Shown piece by piece: positions 8,083 through 18,819 of a stretch of 43,167 bases of DNA. Position 1 is the first letter of the stretch. Each line of letters starts with the position of its first letter. Source of the stretch: an uncultured Clostridia bacterium (lineage in GTDB: Bacteria > Bacillota > Clostridia > TANB77 > CAG-508); contig CANRFX010000001.1 in assembly GCA_947629995.1 (NCBI GenBank), forward strand, positions 1 through 43,167, in the 5' to 3' direction. The notes under the pieces were generated by a model. That model was not told where the DNA came from. It searched no databases and worked only from the letters and a program-made list of their open reading frames with translations. The translations under genes and the position numbers were made by a program.

Positions 8083-9948
8083 TTATACCTCCATAATTAT
8101 TGGTATAATCATAGGATTTCTCTTTGTTTTCATAAAAATGTAATCTCTTAGGTTTTCTCTTACTGTTGTCTTAATTGTAGTCCAATCTGTAACTCCTCTT
8201 TGCTCACATTTTCTAATTTCATTTCTTGCTACTGATTTAACATCATCCATTAAGTTTTCTGACTCTCTTACATAAACAAATCCTCTTGATATTATTTCTG
8301 GTCCTGCTACTACTTCTCCAGTATTTGAATCCATTGTTAATACAATTACAATTAGTCCATCTTGTGATAGATGTTGTCTGTCTCGAAGTACAATATTACC
8401 AACGTCTCCTACTCCTAATCCATCTACTAATACTCTACCACTTGGAACAGAACCTGTGACATTTGCTCCTTCTTCATTGATTTCTAAAACTCTACCATTT
8501 GACATCATAATTATATTTTCTTTTTCTATTCCCATACTTTGTGCTGTTTCACTGTGAGCAATTAATTGCCTATATTCACCATGTACTGGCATAAAATATT
8601 TTGGTTTGCTAAGTGCAAGTATTAATTTTTGTTCTTCTTGGCAAGCATGACCTGAAACATGGATTGTTTCCAAAGAACTATATACTACTTCTGCCCCTAT
8701 TTGCATTAAATCGTCAATTACTTTTGATACAAATTTTTCATTTCCTGGTATTGGTGTTGCTGATATTATAACTAAGTCGTTCGGTGTAATTTTTACTTTT
8801 CTGTGGTCACCTGCTGCCATTCTAGTTAATGCTGACATTGGTTCCCCTTGGCTTCCTGTTGTTAAAATTACTAATTGCTCGTCTGTATAACTATTAATTG
8901 TATCAATATCAATAAAAATGTTGTCTGGACATACAATATATCCTAATTCTTTTGCTGTTTCTATCATGTTAATCATACTTCTTCCACATACAGCAATTTT
9001 TCTATGATATTTTACTGCAGAATTTACAATTTGTTGAACTCTATGGACATTAGATGCAAATGTTGCAACTACTATTCTTTTGGTACAATTTAAAAATAGT
9101 TTATCAAATACTTCTCCTATTGAACTTTCAGACATTGTAAAGCCTTTTCTTTCACTATTTGTACTGTCTGACATTAATAGCAAGATTCCTTTGTTTCCAA
9201 GTTCTGCAATTCTTCCAAAGTCCATTATTTTTCCATCAATTGGAGTATAGTCAACTTTAAAGTCTCCTGTATGCAAAATAGTTCCTGCAGGTGTTGTAAT
9301 TCCTAACATAACTGAGTCTGGAATACTGTGTGAACTACGAATAAATTCTACTTTGAAATTTTGTCCCAAATTAATTGTTTGCCCTTGCATTACTTCTATT
9401 AATTTTGTACTTCTTAGTAATTTGTGTTCTTCTAATTTGTTTCTAATTAGTCCTGCTGTTAATTTTGTTGCATAAATTGGTACATTTATTTTCTTTAATA
9501 AGTAAGGTACGCTTCCTATATGATCTTCGTGCCCATGTGTAATAATTAATCCTTTTATTTTTTCTACATTTCTTTCTAGGTATGTGATATCTGGTATGAC
9601 TAAGTCAATTCCTAACATATCATCTTCTGGAAATGATATTCCACAGTCTACAACTATTATTTCGTTTTCATATTCAAATACTGTAATATTTTTACCTACT
9701 TCGTGTAATCCTCCTAATGGGATTATTTTTAATTTTGAGGCTTTGAATATTTCTCTTGAATAAGGTCTTTTGGTTGTTGTTCTTGTTTGTCTCCTCTCTT
9801 TTTTGTCTTTATTTTCTTTCTTCTCTTGAGACGTTATTTTCGTTTGTTTTTTTGTTCTTGATTCTTTAACTAAACTATTTTTTCTGATATTTCTTTCTTT
9901 CCTTTTTATACTAATATTTTCTTTGTTTTCTAATTTTTCTTCTGTCAT
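8083..9948 (-). CDS. rnj: Ribonuclease J with a Lys/Arg-rich N-terminal extension
   Basis: Metallo-beta-lactamase HGHEDHIG motif, beta-CASP region and C-terminal domain. The start is at the ATG after AAGGAG; the ORF track extends to 9972. Confidence 0.9.
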   Translation of the reverse strand: MTEEKLENKENISIKRKERNIRKNSLVKESRTKKQTKITSQEKKENKDKKERRQTRTTTKRPYSREIFKASKLKIIPLGGLHEVGKNITVFEYENEIIVVDCGISFPEDDMLGIDLVIPDITYLERNVEKIKGLIITHGHEDHIGSVPYLLKKINVPIYATKLTAGLIRNKLEEHKLLRSTKLIEVMQGQTINLGQNFKVEFIRSSHSIPDSVMLGITTPAGTILHTGDFKVDYTPIDGKIMDFGRIAELGNKGILLLMSDSTNSERKGFTMSESSIGEVFDKLFLNCTKRIVVATFASNVHRVQQIVNSAVKYHRKIAVCGRSMINMIETAKELGYIVCPDNIFIDIDTINSYTDEQLVILTTGSQGEPMSALTRMAAGDHRKVKITPNDLVIISATPIPGNEKFVSKVIDDLMQIGAEVVYSSLETIHVSGHACQEEQKLILALSKPKYFMPVHGEYRQLIAHSETAQSMGIEKENIIMMSNGRVLEINEEGANVTGSVPSGRVLVDGLGVGDVGNIVLRDRQHLSQDGLIVIVLTMDSNTGEVVAGPEIISRGFVYVRESENLMDDVKSVARNEIRKCEQRGVTDWTTIKTTVRENLRDYIFMKTKRNPMIIPIIMEV

Positions 9949-10179
9949 TAAAATCTCCTTTCTATGTAACACGAAATAAAGTTTATAACATGGTATAAAC
10001 TTTTAATAAATCCGATCACTATAATTATTTACATTATTTTTTCTCTTAATACAAATTTATAATAAAATCTCATTTTTGCAATTTAAAATTGCAGTTACAC
10101 TATTTTGTATTATACTATATTTTTCCAAAAAAGTCAAATTCCACATAAATATAACTTATGTGGAATTTTTTATATTTTA

Positions 10180-11028
10180 TTAATTGTTTTCTCCTCTACC
10201 TTCTGGAAGTGCATCTGAATAATCTAATACAACTCTGATTTTTGTAATTGCTCTTATTGCTCTTACAAATTTACTGTTCTTAATTCTTTGCCATAAACTT
10301 GGTTTTGCTTCAAATGTTGTTTCTTGTGCATATTGTTGTACTTCTATATTTTCTTGAACTGGCTCTTGTTTTACTTCTTCTACTACTTTTTCTTCTGGCA
10401 CTTCAATTGGTGTTGGAATAGATTTTAAAGCATCTGCTATTTCAATTCCAATATAACTTAATGCTTTTGATCTATCTTCAATTCTTTCCATGTCTATTTC
10501 AATATGTAAGTTTGTTTCTAAATTATTTATTCTTGCATTTAATAATTTTATTGCATCTTTATAGTCTTCTGCATTTTCATCTTTAGCTTTTCCTACAATT
10601 GTTAATGTTTCTATAATATCTTCTTCAAAAATATTTTCTGCTTTTTTTACTTTATCTTTCCAATCTTTTTCTTTGTCTTCTACTGATTCTAATAATTCTT
10701 TTAATTGTCCTGCAAGTGTTATGTTTTGCTCTCTTTGTCTAATTAATTCCTCTATTTTTTTAGTGTTTTCTTCAAATTGATTTGTTGCAAACTCAACTAA
10801 TCCATAAGCTGCTTTATATATACTAACTGGAAAATTTTTCTTTTTTGGATATTCAATTAGATATGCTTTTATTGATTCAATTAAATCTTTAAAATAAGAA
10901 TCATCTTCTAATTGTACAATTTGTTTTTTACTGTTTGGATTTATTAGTCTTTGTACTTTATCTATATTAGATAACATTTTTTCTTCTGTTATAACCATTC
11001 TCACATTTACTATGCCTGATTTTGACAT
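10180..11028 (-). CDS. Hypothetical coiled-coil, Glu/Lys-rich protein
   Basis: Long ORF on the same strand as its neighbours, with RBS AAAGGAGGT upstream of the ATG at 11028. No family was recognised. Confidence 0.5.
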   Translation of the reverse strand: MSKSGIVNVRMVITEEKMLSNIDKVQRLINPNSKKQIVQLEDDSYFKDLIESIKAYLIEYPKKKNFPVSIYKAAYGLVEFATNQFEENTKKIEELIRQREQNITLAGQLKELLESVEDKEKDWKDKVKKAENIFEEDIIETLTIVGKAKDENAEDYKDAIKLLNARINNLETNLHIEIDMERIEDRSKALSYIGIEIADALKSIPTPIEVPEEKVVEEVKQEPVQENIEVQQYAQETTFEAKPSLWQRIKNSKFVRAIRAITKIRVVLDYSDALPEGRGENN

Positions 11029-11239
11029 TGCAGATGTACCTCCTTTTATCTTACGCATACTTGCATTTTTACATTTTCTTTTATTATTATACATTAATCA
11101 ACAAAAAACTACAAGTGGTTTTTTGCAATTTTTTTTTATATTTTAATGACAAAAATGTTACAAAATTGTTACAAAACAATTCTATAACATTTTTTCCTTC
11201 TTTTTCCTATTCCCGTAAGTTTTTAGTTTGGTACAGTTT

Positions 11240-12958
11240 TTAATTTAGTACCGTTTTTATTTCTTCAAATCTCTTTATTTTTTGAGTTGTGGTTTTTATT
11301 AGTTCTTCATCTGTTATGCTAATTTCTCTAATATATTTGTATGCAGGCATTGTTTTGTTTACTTTTTTTATTTCTTGCCAAATATTTTCTTTTATCTTTT
11401 CTTCGTCTGTTGTCTTATAAATTTCTTCTACTAAATCTTTATCATAAACAATTTTACAACAAATTTTGAAGTCTCCATCTTTTTCTGGTTTTCCATATAC
11501 AAAGCTTTCTTTTATACCTTCTATTTTGTTTACTAAGGCTTCTAATTCTTCTGGGTAAATATTTTTTCCATTTTTCAATACAATAACAAATTTTTTTCTT
11601 CCAGAAATAAATATATATCCATCTTTATCTATTTTTGCTAAATCTCCTGTATGTAACCAACCTTCTTCGTCAATTGTTTCTTTTGTTGCTTCTTCATTAT
11701 TATAATATCCAAGCATAATTGATGGTCCTTTTGCTACTAATTCACCAATTCCTTCTTCATTTGCATCTATTACTTTTGCGTCTAAACTTGGAAATGCCTT
11801 TCCAATTGATCCTAATCTTCTATATTTATCGTCTTCTGATGCAATAACAGGTGATGTTTCTGTTAGTCCATAACCTTGATACATTCTAAATCCTAATTCG
11901 TTAAATCCTTTTTCTGTCTCTGGGTCTAAAGCTGCTCCTCCTGCTACTAATAATTTTATATTTCCTCCTAAAGTATCATGGATTTCATGGAATATTTTTT
12001 TTCTAATATCAATTCCAAATTTTAATAAAAATTGGCTGATTTTTATTCCTTTTTTTACTGTTTCTAATTTTCCTTTTTTTTCAATTGCTTTGATTACTTT
12101 TTTATACATATTCTCAAAAAGGATTGGTACAGAAATCATTGTTGTTATGCCAAATTCATTAATATTATCTGCGATATGTCTTATTCCTTCACAAAATGCA
12201 ATTGTACATCCTTTTGATATTGGATATAAAAATCCTACTGTACATTCAAATGTGTGATGCAATGGTAAAAATGATAAAAATGTATGAGTTTCATCTACTT
12301 CTATAGTTGATGCAATGTCAAATAAATTGCTACATATATTTTTATGTGATAGCATTACTGCTTTTGACATTGCTGTTGTTCCTGAAGTAAATAGCATAAT
12401 GCTCATTTTTTCATTATCAATTTTGCTATCTAAAAATTCTCTATTGCCATATTCTATTAATTCTTTTCCTTTTTTAGTTAATTCTTTTTGTGAATAAACT
12501 CCATTTTCTTCTTTTTCTAAATCCATTGAAATAAAGTATTTTACATTTGTATTTTGCTTTTCTTTTATTTCATCCATAATTGGTTCATATTTTTTAGAAT
12601 AAAAAATTGCTTCTACTTCTGAACGAATGATTGAACTTTCTATTTCATTGTCTGGAAGCGCTTTATCTAGTGGTACAACAATTCCTGTACCTGCAAGTAC
12701 TGCTAAATATGCTACTCCCCATTCGTATCTGTTTTCAGATATAACTGCAATTCTTTTATCTTTTAAACCTATGTTAATTAGGGCTGTTCCTAAACAATTT
12801 ATTTCATCTCTAAATTCTTTGTGTGTGATGTATGTGAATTTTTCTGGATCTTCTGTTTTGAATTTATATGCTGGTCTATCCCCAAATCTTTCTCCCGTTT
12901 TTTCTAACATCTCTTTAATGTTTTCATATTTTTCTACGTTATGAATTGGTTTCCTCAT
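11240..12958 (-). CDS. AMP-dependent long-chain-fatty-acid--CoA ligase (FadD-like)
   Basis: AMP-binding motif LFTSGTTAMSKAVMLSH, plus YGLTET, GWLHTGD and GRKK. Confidence 0.85.
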   Translation of the reverse strand: MRKPIHNVEKYENIKEMLEKTGERFGDRPAYKFKTEDPEKFTYITHKEFRDEINCLGTALINIGLKDKRIAVISENRYEWGVAYLAVLAGTGIVVPLDKALPDNEIESSIIRSEVEAIFYSKKYEPIMDEIKEKQNTNVKYFISMDLEKEENGVYSQKELTKKGKELIEYGNREFLDSKIDNEKMSIMLFTSGTTAMSKAVMLSHKNICSNLFDIASTIEVDETHTFLSFLPLHHTFECTVGFLYPISKGCTIAFCEGIRHIADNINEFGITTMISVPILFENMYKKVIKAIEKKGKLETVKKGIKISQFLLKFGIDIRKKIFHEIHDTLGGNIKLLVAGGAALDPETEKGFNELGFRMYQGYGLTETSPVIASEDDKYRRLGSIGKAFPSLDAKVIDANEEGIGELVAKGPSIMLGYYNNEEATKETIDEEGWLHTGDLAKIDKDGYIFISGRKKFVIVLKNGKNIYPEELEALVNKIEGIKESFVYGKPEKDGDFKICCKIVYDKDLVEEIYKTTDEEKIKENIWQEIKKVNKTMPAYKYIREISITDEELIKTTTQKIKRFEEIKTVLN

Positions 12959-13524
12959 TTTACCCTCAACCCTTCTATTACTGTACTTTCAAATTCTTTA
13001 AATAATTTCATAATATCAATATTTTCTTTAGTTCTTGTTTTATATACTAAACTAGAACATATTAAACCATATATTTCAGATGCTATTACATGAGGATTTC
13101 CTTTTTTTATCTCTCCTCTATTTATCCCTTCTTCTACAATAGTCTCAATCTTATTAACATAGTCTAAAATATGTTTTTGACATTTTTGATGCCTTGTGTC
13201 ACTTCCCCAAAATTGGCTAAGTAATATCTTAATTAAATCTTCATATTTTGCTACAATTTTAATTTGTATTAATACTATAGCTTTTATTTTATCAATATAA
13301 TTGGAAAATTTTGCTGTTTTAATATCAATACTGTTTTGTAATAATTTTATTCCTTCTTCTACTAAAAAATTGAATATTTCTTCTTTGCTAGAGAAATGAT
13401 AATATAATGTACCTTTAGCTACTCCCACAGTTGCTGTTATTTCTTCTATGCTGGTTGCATCATAGCCCTTTTCTGCAAATAATTTCATAGATGTTTCAAA
13501 TATTTTCCTCTTGGTTTTATTCAT
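12955..13524 (-). CDS. TetR/AcrR-family transcriptional regulator
   Basis: N-terminal HTH FAEKGYDATSIEEITATVGVAKGTLYYHF. There is a 4-nt overlap with the downstream ligase gene. Confidence 0.85.
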   Translation of the reverse strand: MNKTKRKIFETSMKLFAEKGYDATSIEEITATVGVAKGTLYYHFSSKEEIFNFLVEEGIKLLQNSIDIKTAKFSNYIDKIKAIVLIQIKIVAKYEDLIKILLSQFWGSDTRHQKCQKHILDYVNKIETIVEEGINRGEIKKGNPHVIASEIYGLICSSLVYKTRTKENIDIMKLFKEFESTVIEGLRVK

Positions 13525-13628
13525 ATTTTACCATCCACCTTTGGGTTATTTATAATCGATTTTATTATATATTCTATTGCCATTTTTTGCAATACCTTTT
13601 CTTGTTTTTGCACTACCCATTCGGTTTT

Positions 13629-13954
13629 AAAAATTGTCGTTGGGGACGGGGCATTTTGACAATAATTGCCGAGAGGGACGGAGCTTTTTGACAATTTTTT
13701 GTATTATGATTAGAATTAAAAAAAGTTTAATATATTTTTTATTAATAACTCCCAGCTACATAACAGACTATAAAAAGGCTTTATAATTATAAAGCCTTTT
13801 AAATAGTCTGTAATTTGCTGGTCCCCACGAATTGTTATTAAGAAAAAATATATTAAACTTTTTTATTTGTATTTTGTGCACAAAAAATTGTCAAAAAGCT
13901 CCGTCCCCAGCGACAAAATTGTCAAAATGCCCCGTCCCCAACGACAATTTTTTT
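13629..13954. repeat. Near-perfect palindrome of about 320 bp (MITE-like), with arms built from two 31-nt units ATTGTC-N19-GACAAT with a GGGGACGG(G/A)GC core
   Basis: The left arm (13633-13695) is the reverse complement of the right arm (about 13887-13948). The inner sections also pair (aaaaagtttaatatatttttt..., cagactataaaaaggctttata|tataaagccttttaaatagtctg). The symmetry centre is near 13786/13787. Confidence 0.8.
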
Positions 13955-14047
13955 CTAATATTTTTATTTTTTTCTTTACTTTTTTTTACAACTAATATAA
14001 AATATATTTAAATCGGATATACTAAGAAAAAAAATTGGAGGAAACAA

Positions 14048-16447
14048 ATGAAAAGCAAAAATGAGCTAAGTTATAAAGATTTAAAAATGACTTGTGATCC
14101 TAAAATATTTAAATTTGAGACCACAGAAGAACTAGAACCAATTAGTAGTGGAATTGGTCAAGACCGTGGTATTAAAGCTTTAGAATTTGGATTGCAAGTA
14201 AATGTAAAAGGATATAACTTATATTTAGAAGGTCCAAGTGGAGTTGGAAAAACTATGTATACAAAAAATTATTTAGACAAAATTGCTCCAAAACAAAAAA
14301 CTCCTTCTGATTGGTGTTATATCTATAATTTTGATAACCCAAATGAGCCTATATCTGTTGAATTGCCTGCAGGTCAAGGAAAGAAATTCAAAGAAGATAT
14401 GGATGGATTTATTCAAGAAATTAGAAAAGATATTAGAAATACTTTTAATAATAACGACTTTGAAAAAGAAAAAGCTTTAATTAAACAAGAATTTGAAGAA
14501 AAACGTTCTGCTTTGTTAGAAAAATTAAATCAAGATGCAGCTAAATATAATTTTCAAGTAAAAGCTGCACAAAATGGTATTTATATGATGCCAGTCGTAG
14601 ATGGCAAAGCAATTGAAGAAGAAGAATTTGAAAAATTAGATGAGAATATTAAACAAGAATATGAGCAAAAGTCTGTATTTGTACAAGAACAAATTATGAA
14701 TGTAATTGGTCAAATAAAAGAAATTGAAAGGCAATCTGACAAAAAAATATCTGAATGGCAATCTAATGTTGCATTACTTACTGTTAATGTACACATTAAT
14801 TTCTTGAAATCAAATTATAAGAGAAATAAAAAAATAAATAAATTTTTAAATGATGTTAAACAAGATGTATTAAAAAATATACCTGTTTTTTTAGAGGATC
14901 AAAATAATACTTCTGGTCCACAACAAGGTAACTCTAATCCAAACATGAAAAGGCAAGACCCTTGCTTAAATTACCGTGTTAATTTGTTTATTGATAACTC
15001 TAATCGAGAAGGTGCACCTGTTATAATGGATTCCAACTATTCTTATCATAATATTTTTGGTTCTTTGGAATATGAAAATTACTTTGGTGCTTTAAAAACT
15101 GACCATACTATGCTTAAACCCGGTTTAATGCAACGTGCAAATGGTGGATATATTATCTTTCAAGCAAAAGATTTACTTGCTAATCCAATGTGTTATGAGG
15201 CTTTAAAAAAGGCTTTAAGGGTTAAAGAATTAAGTATTGAAAATACTGCTGACCAACGTTCTTCTATGGTTTTAATTTCTTTAAAACCTGAGCCAATTCC
15301 ATTAAATTTAAAAGTAATTTTAATTGGAAGTGCCAACATTTATCAAACACTTTTATCAATGGATTCAGATTTTAGAAAACTATTTAAAATAAAAGTTGAG
15401 TTTGAAGATGATGCTGAAATTACTCCAGAAAATCTTCACAAATTATCTCAAATTATTTATGGTTTTTGTGCTAATGAAGAACTTCCTCATTTAGATAAAA
15501 CTGCCATGGCTCGTTTAGTTGAATATGCATCAAAACTTGCAGGCAGTCATAATAAGCTTTCTACTAGATTTGATGATTTAATTCAAGTTGTTGGTGAAGC
15601 TGCTACTTGGGCAAAAATTGCAAAATCTAAAGTAGTTACAAGTGAATTTATTGATAAAGCACTTTCTGAAAGAATTGAAAGAGTAAAAAAATATGATACA
15701 AAATATCTTGAAATGATAAAAGAAAATTCTCTTTTAATAAATACTTCTGGATTTAAAGTTGGAGAGTTAAATGGTTTAACAGTTATGACAATTGGAGATT
15801 ATACATTTGGAAAACCTGCAAAGATCACAGTTAATACTTACACTGGTAAAGATGGCATTATTAATATAGAGCGTGAAGTTGAAATATCTGGTCCTTCTCA
15901 TTCAAAAGGTGTTTTGATTTTAGCCGGATATTTAGGTGAAATGTTTGCACAAGATATTCCATTATCTCTAACTGCAAGTATATGTTTTGAACAATTATAT
16001 AATGGTGTAGATGGTGACAGCGCTTCTAGCACAGAACTATATGGATTATTATCTAGTTTATCTGGTATTCCTATTAATCAATCTATTGCTGTTACTGGTT
16101 CTGTAAATCAAAAAGGTCAAATACAACCAATTGGCGGAGTAAATGAAAAAATTGAAGGTTTCTTCCAAATTTGTAAAATGAGAGGATTAGATGGTTCTCA
16201 CGGTGTTATGATACCAGTACAAAATGTAGATAATTTACAATTATCAGATGAAATTGTTCAAGCTGTAAAAAACAATCAATTCCATATTTATTCTGTTTCA
16301 ACAATTGAAGAAGGTATTGAAGTATTAACAGGAGTTCCAGCAGGTAAAAAAGATAAAGACGGTCACTTCCCTGCAGGTACTATAAATTATTTAGTATATG
16401 AAAAATTAAAGAAATATGCAGAAATTAGTAGAAAAGAAAAAAATTAG
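14048..16447 (+). CDS. Lon-like ATP-dependent protease (LonC-type: AAA+-like domain plus S16 protease domain)
   Basis: Walker A GPSGVGKT. The C-terminal Lon proteolytic domain has the Ser-Lys dyad context GVDGDSASS ... GGVNEKIEGF. 799 aa, intact. Confidence 0.85.
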   Translation: MKSKNELSYKDLKMTCDPKIFKFETTEELEPISSGIGQDRGIKALEFGLQVNVKGYNLYLEGPSGVGKTMYTKNYLDKIAPKQKTPSDWCYIYNFDNPNEPISVELPAGQGKKFKEDMDGFIQEIRKDIRNTFNNNDFEKEKALIKQEFEEKRSALLEKLNQDAAKYNFQVKAAQNGIYMMPVVDGKAIEEEEFEKLDENIKQEYEQKSVFVQEQIMNVIGQIKEIERQSDKKISEWQSNVALLTVNVHINFLKSNYKRNKKINKFLNDVKQDVLKNIPVFLEDQNNTSGPQQGNSNPNMKRQDPCLNYRVNLFIDNSNREGAPVIMDSNYSYHNIFGSLEYENYFGALKTDHTMLKPGLMQRANGGYIIFQAKDLLANPMCYEALKKALRVKELSIENTADQRSSMVLISLKPEPIPLNLKVILIGSANIYQTLLSMDSDFRKLFKIKVEFEDDAEITPENLHKLSQIIYGFCANEELPHLDKTAMARLVEYASKLAGSHNKLSTRFDDLIQVVGEAATWAKIAKSKVVTSEFIDKALSERIERVKKYDTKYLEMIKENSLLINTSGFKVGELNGLTVMTIGDYTFGKPAKITVNTYTGKDGIINIEREVEISGPSHSKGVLILAGYLGEMFAQDIPLSLTASICFEQLYNGVDGDSASSTELYGLLSSLSGIPINQSIAVTGSVNQKGQIQPIGGVNEKIEGFFQICKMRGLDGSHGVMIPVQNVDNLQLSDEIVQAVKNNQFHIYSVSTIEEGIEVLTGVPAGKKDKDGHFPAGTINYLVYEKLKKYAEISRKEKN

Positions 16448-16472
16448 ACAGATTAACAATCTGTCTTTTTTT
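16446..16472 (+). terminator. Rho-independent terminator after the Lon-like gene
   Basis: agacagatt-aac-aatctgtct followed by T6. Confidence 0.7.
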
Positions 16473-16854
16473 AAAAGATATTTTCCAAATTAAAGGCATA
16501 TCTATCTTCCACATGTTTTAATAAAAACATACTCTTATCTATACTTTCTATTGAATTCTCATATTCAGCTGTTTTAATATTACTTTTAATAGTAGTTATT
16601 TCCATTTCAATTTTTTCTAATTCATTGTGTTCAATATAATAAGCTAATTTATTATGCTTTTCCTCCCATTTATTCTCTACCTTTTTTACTTGATCTTCTA
16701 AAATGTCTATATTTCTTTGTTCAACACTATCTTTTAAATTTGATAATGTATCTGTCAATTCTAACACTGATTGTTTTGTATAATTTTGTGTTATAATATT
16801 TCCAAAAATTATTGCAAGGATAATAACAATGCAAATTATCATTTCTTTTAACAT
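16471..16854 (-). CDS. DUF4363-family protein (single N-terminal TM)
   Basis: Size, the N-terminal TM segment and pairing with an upstream DUF421 gene are typical of this family. Confidence 0.6.
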   Translation of the reverse strand: MLKEMIICIVIILAIIFGNIITQNYTKQSVLELTDTLSNLKDSVEQRNIDILEDQVKKVENKWEEKHNKLAYYIEHNELEKIEMEITTIKSNIKTAEYENSIESIDKSMFLLKHVEDRYAFNLENIF

Positions 16855-16857
16855 ATA

Positions 16858-17532
16858 CTAAACTCCTTCTTTTTTTTGGCAAAAAATTTGACCTTTTCCA
16901 TCAATTGTAACAACTAAAGCTTCTTCTGGTTTCATTTTAAATTTTTCAACTTGTTTATTTAACCACTGTCTATTTTTGCCAATTGCTTGTAAATTTTTTT
17001 CCATTATTTTTCCATCTATTACTAAATCGTATGGAATGCCTTCATATTCTGGCTTTATATTAAAATCTTCTGGAGTTGTTCCTCTCTTTTCTGGTTTTTG
17101 TATAACTGTTACTTGTCCACTTGTTTCTAAAATTGCATATTCAACATCTCCTAAATTTATAACATTGTTGCCTCTTAATCTTTCTTGTAACTCATTTATT
17201 GTGAATCTTTCTTTAACTAATGCTTTTCTATTTATTTTTCCTCGATATATCAAAATACTTGGTTTTCCACATATAATTTCTCTTGCTTTTAAACTTTTCA
17301 TATTTATAATAGATATTATTAGATGCATAACAAGTAACCCAAGAATTGGAATAATTCCATTAAAAATTGGAATTCCTGTTTCTGTCATTGGTATTGTTGC
17401 CAAATCTGCAATCATAATGGAAATAGCAAGTTCGAATGGTTGCATTTGACCAATTTCCCTTTTCCCCATTAGTCTCATTACAATTAATACAATAATATAT
17501 AAAATTACAGTTCTAAAAAATGTAATTAACAC
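16858..17532 (-). CDS. DUF421 (YetF-like) membrane protein
   Basis: N-terminal TM segments with the MRLMGKREIGQMQPFELA motif and a C-terminal soluble domain, typical of spore-associated YetF/YdfS-type proteins. Confidence 0.7.
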   Translation of the reverse strand: MLITFFRTVILYIIVLIVMRLMGKREIGQMQPFELAISIMIADLATIPMTETGIPIFNGIIPILGLLVMHLIISIINMKSLKAREIICGKPSILIYRGKINRKALVKERFTINELQERLRGNNVINLGDVEYAILETSGQVTVIQKPEKRGTTPEDFNIKPEYEGIPYDLVIDGKIMEKNLQAIGKNRQWLNKQVEKFKMKPEEALVVTIDGKGQIFCQKKEGV

Positions 17533-17695
17533 AAAAACACCTGCTTTTTTGATTTTTACTTTTTTATTTATTTTTTACAAATATTAACTTTTTTATACGT
17601 ATTTTTTTGAATAAATAATTTTTTTTTGCAAATAATATTTTTAGAACCTTTGAAAAAACTGCATTATGAATTTTTATTCTAAGGAGGTTAAGTTT

Positions 17696-18070
17696 ATGCA
17701 AGGGACTCAAGAAAATCAAGCACACTCTGGAGCTTCTACTGTATGGCAAATTGTAGGTAGATTAATCGCTTCAGCTGTAGTTTTAGCAATTACTGCATTT
17801 TTTACACCAGGATTTAGTATTAACAGTTTTTGGACTTTAGTAATTGCCGCTATTGTTTTAACAGTAATAGATTATTTAGTTATTAAATTTACTGGTTTAC
17901 ATGCTAGCCCTTTTGGTAAAGGATTTGTAGGTTTTGCATTAGCTGCAATTGTTTTATATGTAACACAATTCTTTGTAGCAGGATATTCTATTTCTTGGAT
18001 AGCAGCAATTATTGGTGCTTTAATTTATGGAGTAGTTGATTACTTTATTCCTGGAAATCAACAAATGTAG
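17696..18070 (+). CDS. Four-TM membrane protein, phage-holin-family-IV/YvlD-like
   Basis: RBS AAGGAGG lies 6 nt before the ATG at 17696. Hydrophobic repeats with the FTPGF motif. Confidence 0.55.
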   Translation: MQGTQENQAHSGASTVWQIVGRLIASAVVLAITAFFTPGFSINSFWTLVIAAIVLTVIDYLVIKFTGLHASPFGKGFVGFALAAIVLYVTQFFVAGYSISWIAAIIGALIYGVVDYFIPGNQQM

Positions 18071-18076
18071 TAATTA

Positions 18077-18125
18077 AAAAACCAAACGGTATAGTATTTT
18101 GGTACTTATTTTCCGTTTGGTTTTC
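18077..18125. terminator. Bidirectional terminator hairpin
   Basis: aaaaaccaaacgg ... ccgtttggtttt lies between convergent genes. Confidence 0.6.
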
Positions 18126-18126
18126 T

Positions 18127-18792
18127 TTAATATTTTTGTACAATTTCATTTTGATTTTTATAAATGCTATTAGGTGATATTACACCTCTTACTGAAGATA
18201 AAGGATAAATATTAGAATTCTTGCCAATTACTGTTCCTGGATTTAAGACGCTTCCACATCCTACTTCTACTTCATCTCCAATCATTGCTCCAAATTTTTT
18301 AATTCCTGTTTCAATTTGTTCTTTTCCATTTTTTACAACAACTAATTTTTTATCTGATTTTACATTTGAGGTGATAGATCCTGCTCCCATATGTGCTTTA
18401 TATCCTAAAATAGAATCTCCGACGTAATTATAATGTGGAACTTGAACTTTATTAAATAAGATTACATTTTTTAATTCAGTTGAATTTCCAACAACTGCTC
18501 CCTCTCCTACAATTACTTTTCCTCTTAAAAAAGCACAATGTCTTATTTCTGCATTTTCTCCGATAATAGCAGGTCCTTTAATATATGCTGACGGCATAAC
18601 TTTTGCAGTTTTTGCAATCCATACATCTTCACCTATTTTATTGTATTTATTTGAATCTAATTTATTACCTATTTCTAATATAAAGTCATTTATTTTTGGT
18701 AAAGCTTCCCAAGGATAAGTAACACTTTCTAATAGCTTTTTTGCTATTGTTTCTTCTAAATTATATAAATTACAAACTTTGCATTCTTCCAT
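18127..18792 (-). CDS. Left-handed beta-helix (hexapeptide-repeat) transferase, GlmU C-terminal-like
   Basis: Repeated [LIV]-G-x4 hexapeptide pattern (IIGENAEI, VIVGEGAVVGN, VGDSILG, IGDEVEVGCGSVL). Confidence 0.65.
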   Translation of the reverse strand: MEECKVCNLYNLEETIAKKLLESVTYPWEALPKINDFILEIGNKLDSNKYNKIGEDVWIAKTAKVMPSAYIKGPAIIGENAEIRHCAFLRGKVIVGEGAVVGNSTELKNVILFNKVQVPHYNYVGDSILGYKAHMGAGSITSNVKSDKKLVVVKNGKEQIETGIKKFGAMIGDEVEVGCGSVLNPGTVIGKNSNIYPLSSVRGVISPNSIYKNQNEIVQKY

Positions 18793-18819
18793 TTTTATAA
18801 CCTTTCTATAAAATTTTTA

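Noticed and set aside
13629-13954. GC-rich repeats as a CRISPR array
   Set aside because: The units are arranged as inverted repeats forming one long palindrome. There are no regularly spaced direct repeats with unique spacers, and no cas genes in the window.
17696-18070. The holin-family gene as evidence of a prophage
   Set aside because: It is an isolated gene flanked by DUF421/DUF4363 and sugar-nucleotide genes. No endolysin, terminase, capsid, tail or integrase genes are present. YvlD-type paralogues are common chromosomal membrane proteins.
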